A DNA stretch of 64,000 bases from Squalus acanthias (taxonomy: Eukaryota). Below the pieces are notes generated by a model. The model was given only the letters and a program-made list of their open reading frames with translations, searched no databases and was not told the origin of the DNA. Where the stretch lies: assembly GCA_030390025.1 (NCBI GenBank), contig JASTWF010000180.1, forward strand, positions 372,001 to 436,000. Direction: 5' to 3'. Positions 9,279 through 21,525 of the stretch are shown here, one piece after another; positions within the stretch are counted from its first letter, which is position 1, and each line of letters opens with the position of its first letter. The position numbers and the translations under genes are program-made.

Positions 9279-12200
9279 GAAAAGAAGAAATGCAGCAGTT
9301 TCCGCCATCATCAAACACCAATAAATCCACTGTTGACAGCAGTTCATAGAAACAAAAAACTATACAGCACAGGAAGGGGCCATCAGGCCCATAATGCCTG
9401 TGCTGGCTCATTCAAAAGAGCTATTCAATTAGTCCCACTCTCCTACACTTTTCCCATAGTCCTGTAAATGTTTATTTTTCGAGTATTTGACCAATTCCCT
9501 TTTGAAAGTTATTATTGAGTTTGGTCCCACCAGTCTTTCAAGCAGTGCATTCCAGACCATAACAACTCGCTGCGTAATCTTTTTATCCTCAAGTCGCCTC
9601 TGATTCTTTTGCCAATTGCCTTAACTCTGTGTCCTTCACCTGAAACAATTTAACTCTGTGTCTCTCTCCACAGATGCTGCCTGACCTGCTGAGCATTTCC
9701 AGCATTTTCTGTTTTAATTTCAGGTTTCCAGCATCCGCAGTATTTTGCTTCTGTTTCCATGTTTTTGTACTCTATGCCTCTACTTATAAAGCCAATGATC
9801 CAGATTTACTTTACAACAGACTTTTCAACTGGTCCTGCCACGTGCAAAGACGGGTGTAGCTATACCCTGTTTCAGCACCCCATTTAAAATTGTACCAAAT
9901 AGTTTATTTTGCCTCTGCTCATTATTCCGACCAAAATGAATCACCTCCAACTTCTCTGCATTAAATTTCCTCTGCCGTGTGTCTGGCCATTTCCTCAATC
10001 TGTCTATATCGTCCTGAGCTGTGTTACTCTCCTCCTCACTGTTCACTAGATTTCCGCGTTTCGTCTTATCCGAAAACATCGAAAGTAAGCCCTTTACACA
10101 CAAGTCCAGGGCATTACTATAAAGATCAAAAAGAGCAGTGGCCCCAACACCGAGCAATGGAGGACACCACTGCACACTTCCTTCCAGTCAGACAATCAAC
10201 CGTTCACCACTATTCTGCGTTCTGCCCCTCAGCTAACTTCGTTTTCCCGCAGCTACTGACCATTAATCCCATGTGCTTCAGTTTTGCTAACAAGTCTATC
10301 ATGGGGTACTTAATCAAACACCAATGGAAAATCAATGCACACAACATGAAACGCACTACCTTCATCCACCCTCTGTTACTTTATCAAAAAAACTGGAGCA
10401 AGTTAGTCAAACACAAATGTTATTTTATTCTTCGTTCATGCGATGTGGCAAGGCCAGCATTTATTGGCCATCCCTAATTGTTCTTTGAGAAGGCGGTGGT
10501 GAGGCGCCTTTTTGAACCGCTGCAGTCGGTGTGCTGAAGCTACTCGCACAGTGCTGTTAGGGAGGGAGTTCCAGGACTTTGACCCAGCGACGATTAAGGA
10601 TTGGCGATATACTTCTAAGTCAGGAAGGTGTGTGACTTCGAGGGGAACTTGGAGGTGGTGGTGTTCCCGTGCGCCTGCTACCCTTATCTTTCGAGGTGGT
10701 AGATGTCGCGCGTTTGGGTGGAGGTACGAAGAAGTCTTGGTGAGTTGATGCAGTGCATCTTGTAGATGGTACACACTGCAGCCACGGTCCGCCGGTGGTG
10801 GACGAAGTGAATGTTTAAGGTGGTGGATGGGGTGCCAATCAAGCGGGCTGATTTGTCCTGGACGGTGTCGAGTTTCTTGAGTGTTTTTGGAGCTGCAGTG
10901 ATCCAGGCAATTGGAGAGTATTCCATCACACTTGTGCCGTGTAGATGGTGGAAAGTCTTTGGGGAGTCAGGAGGTGAGACACTCGCCGCAGAATACCCAG
11001 TCTCTGACCTGCTGTTGTTGCCACATTATTCATGTGGCTGGGCCAGTTAAGTTTCTGGTCAATGGTGACCCCCACGATGTTGATGGTGATGCCTTTGAAT
11101 GTCAAGGGGAGATGATTAGACTCTCGCTTGTTGGAGATACTGATTGCCTGGCACTTGTGTGGCACCAATGTTAACTGCCACTTAAGTGCACAAACCTGAA
11201 CATAAGAACATAAGAAATAGGAGCAGGAGTAGGCCATTCTGCCTTTCGAGCCCGCTCGCCATTCAATGAGATCATGGCAGATCTTCAGCCTCAACTACAT
11301 TCACCAGCCCCATCACCATATCCCTTGATGCCCTTACTAGTCAGAAAACTATCGACTTCTGTTTTGAATATACCCAACGACTGAGCCTCCACAGCCCTCT
11401 GGTATAGAGAATTCCAAAGATTCACCAACATCTGTGTGAAAACATTTCCTCTCATCTCAGTCCTGAATGGCCTACCATTTTTCCTGAGGCTGTGGTCCCT
11501 GGTTCGAGACTCCCCAGACAAGATAAACATTCTCCCAGCATCCACCCTATCAAGCTCTGTAACAATTTTGTATTCTTCAATGAGATCCCCTCTCATTCTT
11601 CTGAATTCAAGAGAATACAGGCCTAGTTTACTCAATCTCTTCTCATACGACAGTCCATCCATCCCAGGAATCAATCTCGTGAACCTTCGTTGCACTTCCT
11701 CTATGGCAAGTATCTCCTTCCTTAGGTAAGGAGACCAATATTGTGCACAGTGCTCCAGGTGTGGGCTCTCCAAGGCCCTATGTAATTGAAGTAAGACTTC
11801 TTTACTCCTGTACTCAAATCCTCTTGTAATGAAGTCAGCCTTCCATTTGCCATCCTAATGGCTTGCTGCACCTGCACATTCACTGTCAGTGACTCATGTA
11901 CAAGGACACCCAGTCCCCTTTGAGCATCAGCATTCCCCAATCTTCCACCATTTAAGAAATACTCTGCCTTTCTGTTTTTTCCACCAAAGCGGATAACTTC
12001 ACATTATCCACATTTTGTTCCATCTGCCATGTTCTCGCCAACTCACTGAGCCTGTCGAGATCCCCTTCAAACCTCTTGACATCCTCTTCGCAACTGACAC
12101 TGCCACCTAGCTTTGTATCATAAGCAAATTTGGAAATGTTACATTTAGTCCCCTCTTCCAAATCATTGATATACATTGTGAATAGCTTGGGCCCAAGCTC

Positions 12201-12896
12201 CGATCGTTGTGGTACGCCATTAGTCACAGCCTGCCAACCTGAAAAAGATCAGTTTATCCCTACTCTTTGTTTTCTGTCTGTTAACTAATTCTCAGTCCAT
12301 GCTAGTATATTACCCCCAATTCCATGTGCCCTAATTTTGTTCCCAAGCCTCTTGTGTGGGACCTTATCGAAGCTCGTCTGAAAATCCAAGTACACCACAT
12401 CTACCGGTTCCCCTTTGTCTACTCCACTTGTTGCATCCTCAAAGAACTTCAATAGGTTTGTTAAACAGGATTTCCCTTTCATAAATCCATGCTGACTCTG
12501 CCCAATCTTAGTATTAGTTTCTAAGTGCCCAGTTATTGAATCCTGTATAATAGATTCTAGCGTCTATGTGAACGTCCTCCAGGTCTTGTTGAAGGCGGGC
12601 ATGGACTGCTTCATTATCTGAGCAGTTGTTAATGCCACTGAACACTGTGCATTCATCAGACCTACGTCAATAATGAGCCAATGTAAAGGCACAGTTTGTG
12701 TTTCGGTGGATGCTATCACGTGATTGCAGTCGACGTCGGTTGCAGGCAACCAATAGCTGGCGACTTCAAACCCGCCCCTTTCTCACTTTTGCATAAAGCC
12801 CCATAAGTGAGGATCGGGATCCAACAATCCGGCATCTGCGTTGCCCAGTGAGTGACTGAAGGAACGGCTGCCTAATACAGCAAAATGCCCAGAAGC

Positions 12897-13365
12897 ATGA
12901 GGTCGGCGATTTCTCTCGGCCTACTGCTTGGTTTCGTATCCAGTGCGTAGCTATAACTGTTCCGTATTGTTCCAATCTTTCTGTTTCTCTGTTAGTCTCT
13001 CTCGGGGGGTGTTACAGAGCCAGGAGTCACTTCACCATAATTAATGCTTCTTTACTTTTATAGGTGTCCAGTCGGATGTGGTGTTGACTCAGCCAGAGGC
13101 AGAGACCAGGCGTCTCGGACAGTCCCTGAGACTGACCTGTAAAACCAGTGGGTTCGATCTTGGCAGCGATTTGATGCACTGGTACCGACAAAGCCCCGGG
13201 AAGGGAATGGATTGGCTAGTTACGTTCTATAGTAAAGACAGCAGCCAGTACCATCAAGTTAGAGCACGCGTTACTGCTTCCAAAGACCTTACAAATGATA
13301 TCTTCGCTTTGGATATCAAGGGATTGACACTGGGAGACAGCGCCACTTATTATTGCGTACAGAGA
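12897..13365 (+). CDS. V3: IgM-VH-like V segment (leader 12897-12942, V exon 13064-13365) with a 1-codon deletion after CDR2 and a variant RSS
   Basis: Leader [15 protein letters not shown]; CDR1 [10 protein letters not shown]; YHQ-VRARV lacks the E present in other copies. Confidence 0.85.
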
Positions 13366-13404
13366 CACATTGATACAGGTCAGACCCAGACTTGCACAAA
13401 AGCA
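13366..13404 (+). other. Non-consensus 23-RSS of V3
   Basis: CACATTG-23-ACAAAAGCA. Confidence 0.85.
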
Positions 13405-16400
13405 GAAAAGAGGAAATGCAGCATTTTCCGCCATCATCAAACACCAATAAATCCAATGTTGACAGCAGTTCATAGAAACAAAAAACTATACAGCACAGAA
13501 AGGGGCCATTCGGCCCATAATGCCTGTGCTGGCTCATTCAAAGAGCTGTTCAATTAGTCACACTCTCCTACACTTTTCCAATAGCCCTGTATTTTTTTCT
13601 TTTTCGAGTATTTATCCAATTCCCTTTTGAAAGTTATCATTGAACTTGGTTCCACCAGTCTTTCAGGCAGTGCATTCCAGACCATAACAACTCGCTGCGT
13701 AATATTTTTATCCTCAAGTCGCCTCTGGTTCTTTTGCCAATTGCCTTAACTCTGTGTACTTCACATGAAACAATTTAACTCTGTTTCTCTCTCCACAGAT
13801 GCTGCCTGACCTGCTGAGCCTTTCCAGCATTTTCTGTTTTAATTTCAGGTTTCCAGCATCCGCAGTATTTTGCTTTTGTTTCCATGTTTTTGTACTCTAT
13901 GCCTCTACTTATAAAGCCAATGATCCAGATTTATTTTACAACAGCCTTTTCAACTGGTATTGCCACGTTCAAAGACGGCTGTAGCTATACCCTGTTATAG
14001 CACCCCATTTAAAATTGTACCAAATAGTTTATATTGCCTCTCCTCATTCTTCCTACCAAAATGAATCACCTCAAACTTCTCTGCATTAAATTTCCTCTGC
14101 CGTGTGTCTGGCCATTTCATCAATCTGTCTATATCGTCCTGAGCTGTGTTACTATCCTCCTCACAATTCACTAGATTTCCGAGTTTCGTGTTATCTGAAA
14201 ACATTGAAAGTATGCCCCTTACACACAAGTCCAGGGCATTACTATAAAGATCAAAACGAGCAGTGCCCCCAACACCGAGCACTGGAGAACACCACTGCAC
14301 ACTTCCTTCCAGTCAGAATATCAACCGTTCACCACTATACTGCGTTCTGCCCCTCAGCTAACTTCGTGTTCCCGCAGCGACTGTCCCTTCGTTCATGGGA
14401 TGCAGCAAGGCCAGCATTTATTGTCCATCCCTAATTGCCCTTGAGAAGGCGGTGGTGAGCCGCCTTCTTGAACCGCTACAGTCCGTGTGATGAAGATACT
14501 CACACAGTGCTGTTAGGGAGGGAGTTCCAAGATTTTGACCCAGCGACGATTAAAGATCGGCGATATACTTGTAAGTCAGGATGATGTGTGCCTTCGAGGG
14601 AAACTTGGAGGTGTTGTTGTTCCCGTGCGCCTGCTGCCCTGGTCCTTCTAGGTGTTAGAGGTGGCGGTTTTGGGAGGTGCTGCCGAAGTAGCCTTGGCGA
14701 GTTGCTGCAGTTCATCTTGTAGATGGTACGCACGACAGCCACGTTGCGCCGGTGGTGGAGGGAGTGAATGTTTAAGGTGTTGGATGGGGTGCCGATCAAG
14801 CGGGCTGCTTTGTCCTGGATGGTGTCGAGTTTCTTGAGTGTTGTTGGAGCTGAACTGATCCAGTAAAGTGGAGAGTATTCCATCACACTCCTTACTTGTG
14901 ATTTGTAGATGGTAGAAAGGCTTTGGGGCGTCAGGAGGTGAGACACTCGCCGCCAAATACCCTGCCTCTGACCTGCTCTTGTGGCCACAGAATTTATGTG
15001 GCTGATCCAGTTAAGTTTCTGGTCAATGGTGATCCCCAGGATGTTGATGGTGGGGGATTCGGCGATGGTAATGCCGTTGAATGTCAAGGAGAGTTGATTA
15101 GACTCTCGCTTGTTGGAGTTAGTCATTGCCAATGTTAACTGCCACTTATCAGCCCAAACCTTAACATAAGAACATAAGAACATAAGAAATAGGAGCAGGA
15201 GTAGACCATCCGGCCCTTCGAGCCTGCTCCGCCATTCAATGAGATCATGGCTGATCTTCAGCCTCAACTTCATTCACCAGCCCTATCGCCAAACCCCTTG
15301 ATGCCCTTACTAGTCAGAAATCTATCAACTTCTGTTGTGAATATACCCAATGACTGTGCCTCCACAGCCCAGTGGGCTAGAGAATCCAAAGATTCACCAT
15401 CCTCTGTGTGATGAAATTTTTCTCTTCTCAGTCCTGAATGTCCTATCCTTTATCCTGTGGCTGTGGCCCCTGGTTCTAGACTCCCCAGCCAAGGGAAACA
15501 TTCTCCCAGCATCCACCCTATCAAGCTGTGTAACAATTTGGTATGCTTCAATGAGATCCCCTCTCATTCTTCTGAATTCAAGAGAATACAGGCCTAGTTT
15601 ACTCATCTCTTCTCATACAACAGTCCCGGCATCCCTGGAATCAATCTCGTGAACCTTCGTTGCACGCCCTCTATGGCAAGTATATCCTTCCTGAGGTAAG
15701 GAGACCAAAATTGTACACAGTACTGCAGGTTTGGTCTCACCAAGAAGCTATATAATTGGAGTAAGACTTCTTTAATCCTGTACTCAAATTCTCTTGTAAT
15801 GAATGCCAGCTTACCATTTACCTTCCTAATGGCTTGCTGCACCTGCACATTCACATTCAGTGACTCATGTACAAGGACACCCAGTACCCTTTGAGCACCT
15901 GCATTCCCCAATCTTTCACCAATCAGGAAATTTCTACTTTTTCTGCCAAAGTTGATAACTTCACATTTATTCACATTATGTTCCATCTGCCATGTTCAGG
16001 CTCACTCAGTGAGCCTGTCGAAATCCCCTGGAAACCTCTTCACCTCCTCTTAAAAACGGACACTGCCACCTAGCTTTGTACTATCAGCAAATTTGGAAAT
16101 GTTACATTTAGTCCCCTTATCCAATTCATTGATATACATTGTGTATCGCTGGGGCCCAAGCACCGATGCTTGCGGTACACCACCATTCACAGCCTGCCAT
16201 CCTGAAAAAGACCATTTATCCCTACTCTTTGTTTTCTGTCTGTTAACTAATACTCAATTCCTGCGAGTATATTACCCCCAATTCCATGTGCCCTAATTTT
16301 GTTCACCAACCTCTTGTGTGGGACCTTATCGAAGGCCTTCTGAAATTCCAAATACTCCACTTCTTCCGGTTCCCCTTTGTCAAAACCACGAGTCACATCC

Positions 16401-16857
16401 TCAAAGAACTACTATAGATTTGTTAAACAGGATTTCCCTTTCTAAATCCATGTGGACTCTGCCCAATCTTACTATTAATTTCTACGTGCCCAGTTATTGA
16501 ATGCTTTATAATAAATTCCAGCGTCTATCTGAACGTCGTCCAGGTCTTGTTGGATGCGGGCATGGAATGCTTCATTATCTGAGGAGTTGTGACTGCCACT
16601 GAACACTGTGCAGTCATCAGACCTACGTCAATAATGAGCCATTGCAAAGGCACAGTTTGTGTTTCGTTGGATGCTGTCACGTGATTGCAGTCGACGTCGA
16701 TTGCAGGCAACCAATAGCTGGCGATTTCAAACCCGCCCCTTCCTGTCTTTTGCATAAAGCCGCACAAGTGTGGTTCGGGATCCAACAATCCAGGACCTGC
16801 GTTGCCCAGTGAGTGACTGAAGGAACGGCTGCCTAATTGAGCCAAATGCCCAGAAGG

Positions 16858-17327
16858 ATGATGTCGGCGATTTCTCTCGGCCTACTGCTTTGTTTCCTAT
16901 CCAGTGCGTAGCTATAACTGTTCCATATTGTTCCAATCTTTCTGTTTCACTGTTAGTCCCTCTTGGGGGGCGTTACAGAGCTAGGAGTCACCACCATAAT
17001 TAATGCTTCTTTACTTTTATAGGTGTCCAGTCGGATGTGGTGTTGACTCAGCCAGAGGCAGAGACCAGGCGTCTCGGACAGTCCCTGAGACTGACCTGTA
17101 AAACCAGCGGGTTCAATCTTGGCAGCAACTATATGTACTGGTACCGACAAAGCCCCGGGAAGGGAATGGATTGGCTCGTTTGGTACTATAGTAAAGACAA
17201 CAAGCAGTACCATCAAGAAGTTAGAGAACGAGTTACTGCTTCCAAAGACCTTTCAAACAATATCTTCGCTTTGGGTATCAAGGGATTGACACTGGGAGAC
17301 AGCGCCACTTATTATTGCGCACATAGT
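16858..17327 (+). CDS. V4: IgM-VH-like V segment (leader 16858-16903, V exon 17023-17327)
   Basis: Open frame; CDR1 [10 protein letters not shown]; ends YYCAHS. Confidence 0.9.
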
Positions 17328-17366
17328 CACAGTGATACAGGTCAGACCCAGACTTGTACAAAAACA
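17328..17366 (+). other. 23-RSS of V4
   Basis: CACAGTG-23-ACAAAAACA. Confidence 0.95.
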
Positions 17367-20300
17367 GAAAAGAGGAAATGCAGCAGTTTCCGCCTTCATC
17401 AAACACCAATAAATCCACTGTTGACAGCAGCTCAGATAAACAAAAAACTATACAGCACAGAAAGGGGCCATTCGGCCCATTATGCCCGTGTTGGCTCATT
17501 CAAAGAGCCATTCAATTAGTCCCACTCTCCTACACTTTTCCCATAGCCCTGTAATTTTTTCTTTTTCGAGTATTTAACCAATTCCGTTTTGAAAGTTATC
17601 ATTGAATTTGGTTCCGCCAGTCTTTCAGGCAGTGCATTCCAGACCATAACAACTCGCTGCGTGATATTTTTATCCTCAAGTCGCCTCTGGTTCTGTTGCC
17701 AAATACCGTAACTCTGTGTCCTTCACCTGAAACAATTTAACTCTGTTTCTCTCTCCACAGATGCTGCCTGACCTGCTGAGCCTTTCCATCATTTTCTGTT
17801 TTAATTTCAGGTTTCCAGCATCCACAGTATTTTGCTTTTGTTTCCATGTTTTTGTACTCTATGCCTCTACTTATAAAGCCAATGATCCAGATTTACTTTA
17901 CAACAGCTTTTTCGAATTGTCCTGCCACGTTCAAAGACCGGTGTAGGTATACCCTGTTCCAGCACCCCGTTTAAAATTGTACCAAATAGTTTATTTTGCC
18001 TCTCCTCATTCCTCCTACCTGAATGAATCACCTCAAACTACTCTGCATTAAATTTCCTCTGCCGTGTGTTTGGTCATTTCATCACTCTGTCGATATCGTC
18101 CTGAGCTGTGTTACTATCCTCATCACTGTTCACTAGACTTCCGAGTTTCGTGTTATCTGAAAACATTGAAAGTATGCCCTTTACACACAAGTCCAGGGCA
18201 TTAATATAAAGATCAAAAAGAGCTGTGGCCCCAAAACCGAGCACTGGAGAACACCACTGCACACTTCCTTCCAGTCAGAATATCAACCGTTCACCACTAT
18301 AATGCGTTCTGCCCCTCAGCTAACTTCGTGTTCCCGCAGCGACTGTCCCTTCGTTCATGGGATGCAGCAAGGCCAGCATTTATTGTCCATCCCTAATTGC
18401 CCTTGAGAAGGCGGTGTTGAGCCGCCTTCTTGAACCGCTACAGTCCGTGTGATGAAGATACTCACACAGTGCTGTTAGGGAGGGAGTTCCAAGATTTTGA
18501 CCCAGCGACGATTAAAGATCGGCGATATACTTGTAAGTCAGGATGATGTGTGCCTTCGAGGGAACCTTGGAGGTGTTGTTGTTCCCGTGCGCCTGCTGCC
18601 CTGGTCCTTCTAGGTGTTAGAGGTGGCGGTTTTGGGAGGTGCTGCCGAAGTAGCCTTGGCGAGTTGCTGCAGTTCATCTTGTAGATGGTACGCACGACAG
18701 CCACGTTGCGCCGGTGGTGGAGGGAGTGAATGTTTAAGGTGTTGGATGGGGTGCCGATCAAGCGGGCTGCTTTGTCCTGGATGGTGTCGAGTTTCTTGAG
18801 TGTTGTTGGAGCTGAACTGATCCAGTAAAGTGGAGAGTATTCCATCACACTCCTTACTTGTGATTTGTAGATGGTAGAAAGGCTTTGGGGCGTCAGGAGG
18901 TGAGACACTCGCCGCCAAATACCCTGCCTCTGACCTGCTCTTGTGGCCACAGAATTTATGTGGCTGATCCAGTTAAGTTTCTGGTCAATGGTGATCCCCA
19001 GGATGTTGATGGTGGGGGATTCGGCGATGGTAATGCCGTTGAATGTCAAGGAGAGGTGATTAGACTCTCGCTTGTTGGAGTTAGTCATTGCCAATGTTAA
19101 CTGCCACTTATCAGCCCAAACCTTAACATAAGAACATAAGAACATAAGAAATAGGAGCAGGAGTAGACCATCCGGCCCTTCGAGCCTGCTCCGCCATTCA
19201 ATGAGATCATGGCTGATCTTCAGCCTCAACTTCATTCACCAGCCCTATCGCCAAACCCCTTGATGCCCTTACTAGTCAGAAATCTATCAACTTCTGTTGT
19301 GAATATACCCAATGACTGTGCCTCCACAGCCCAGTGAGCTAGAGAATCCAAAGATTCACCATCCTCTGTGTGATGAAATTTTTCTCTTCTCAGTCCTGAA
19401 TGTCCTATCCTTTATCCTGTGGCTGTGGCCCCTGGTTCTAGACTCCCCAGCCAAGGGAAACATTCTCCCAGCATCCACCCTATCAAGCTGTGTAACAATT
19501 TGGTATGCTTCAATGAGATCCCCTCTCATTCTTCTGAATTCAAGAGAATACAGGCCTAGTTTACTCATCTCTTCTCATACAACAGTCCCGGCATCCCTGG
19601 AATCAATCTCGTGAACCTTCGTTGCACGCCCTCTATGGCAAGTATATCCTTCCTGAGGTAAGGAGACCAAAATTGTACACAGTACTGCAGGTTTGGTCTC
19701 ACCAAGAAGCTATATAATTGGAGTAAGACTTCTTTAATCCTGTACTCAAATTCTCTTGTAATGAATGCCAGCTTACCATTTACCTTCCTAATGGCTTGCT
19801 GCACCTGCACATTCACATTCAGTGACTCATGTACAAGGACACCCAGTACCCTTTGAGCACCTGCATTCCCCAATCTTTCACCAATCAGGAAATTTCTACT
19901 TTTTCTGCCAAAGTTGATAACTTCACATTTATTCACATTATGTTCCATCTGCCATGTTCAGGCTCACTCAGTGAGCCTGTCGAAATCCCCTGGAAACCTC
20001 TTCACCTCCTCTTAAAAACGGACACTGCCACCTAGCTTTGTACTATCAGCAAATTTGGAAATGTTACATTTAGTCCCCTTATCCAATTCATTGATATACA
20101 TTGTGTATCGCTGGGGCCCAAGCACCGATGCTTGCGGTACACCACCATTCACAGCCTGCCATCCTGAAAAAGACCATTTATCCCTACTCTTTGTTTTCTG
20201 TCTGTTAACTAATACTCAATCCCTGCGAGTATATTACCCCCAATTCCATGTGCCCTAATTTTGTTCACCAACCTCTTGTGTGGGACCTTATCGAAGGCCT

Positions 20301-20813
20301 TCTGAAATTCCAAATACTCCACTTCTTCCGGTTCCCCTTTGTCAAAACCACGAGTCACATCCTCAAAGAACTACTATAGATTTGTTAAACAGGATTTCCC
20401 TTTCTAAATCCATGTTGACTCTGCCCAATCTTACTATTAATTTCTACGTGCCCAGTTATTGAAAGCTTTATAATAAATTCCAGCGTCTATCTGAACGTCG
20501 TCCAGGTCTTGTTGGATGCGGGCATGGAATGCTTCATTATCTGAGGAGTTGTGACTGCCACTGAACACTGTGCAGTCATCAGACCTACGTCAATAATGAG
20601 CCATTGCAAAGGCACAGTTTGTGTTTCGTTGGATGCTGTCACGTGATTGCAGTCGACGTCGATTGCAGGCAACCAATAGCTGGCGATTTCAAACCCGCCC
20701 CTTCCTGTCTTTTGCATAAAGCCGCACAAGTGTGGTTCGGGATCCAACAATCCAGGACCTGCGTTGCCCAGTGAGTGACTGAAGGAACGGCTGCCTAATA
20801 CAACAAAATGCCC

Positions 20814-21020
20814 TTACTAGTCAGAAAACTATCGACTTCTATTTTGAATATACCCAACGACTGAGCCTCCACAGCCCTCTGGTATAGAGAATTCCAAAGA
20901 TTCACCAACATCTGTGTGAAAACATTTCCACTCATCTCAGTCCTGAATGGCCTACCCTTTATCCTGAGGCTGTGGTCCCTGGTTCTAGACTCCCCAGCCA
21001 AGAGAAACATTCTCCCAGCA
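20814..21020 (-). mobile_element. 207-bp internal CR1 piece inserted into the V5 leader
   Basis: Closely matches 11334-11540 of a B-type unit; carries no CR1 tail. Confidence 0.9.
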
Positions 21021-21486
21021 TCGGCGATTTCTGTCGGCCTACTGCTTGGTTTCGTATCCAGTGTGTAGCTATAACTGTTCCGTATTGTTCCAATCTTTCT
21101 GTTTCTCTGTTAGTCTCTCTCGGGGGGTGTTACAGAGCCAGGAGTCACTTCACCATAATTAATGCTTCTTTACTTTTATAGGTGTCCAGTCGGATGTTGT
21201 GTTGACTCAGCCAGAGGCAGAGACCAGGCGTCTCGGACAGTCCCTGAGACTGACCTGTAAAACCAGCGGGTTCGATCTTGGCAGCGATTTGATGCACTGG
21301 TACCGACAAAGCCCCGGGAAGGGAATGGATTGGCTAGTTACGTTCTATAGTAAAGACAGCACCCAGTATCATCAAGAAGTTAGAGCACGCGTTACTGCTT
21401 CCAAAGACCTTACAAATAATATCTTCGCTTTGGATATCAAGGGATTGACACTGGGAGACAGCGCCACTTATTATTGCGTACAGAGT
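21021..21486 (+). pseudogene. V5: IgM-VH-like V segment whose leader start codon was destroyed by a 207-bp insertion (leader remnant 21021-21060, intact V exon 21182-21486)
   Basis: The agaagcATGagg stretch is replaced by LINE sequence 20814-21020. The upstream ATG at 20808 runs into an in-frame TGA and no later in-frame ATG precedes the leader remnant. V exon is open (CDR1 [10 protein letters not shown]). Confidence 0.85.
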
Positions 21487-21525
21487 CACAGTGATACAGG
21501 TCAGACCCAGACTTGTACAAAAACA
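21487..21525 (+). other. 23-RSS of V5
   Basis: CACAGTG-23-ACAAAAACA. Confidence 0.95.

Noticed and set aside
14500-15273. Recurrent 257-aa minus-strand ORF (also at 18462, 26750, 51052)
   Set aside because: Chance fusion of the nested CR1 3' UTR/tail with the host LINE RT C-terminus; it is broken in other units.
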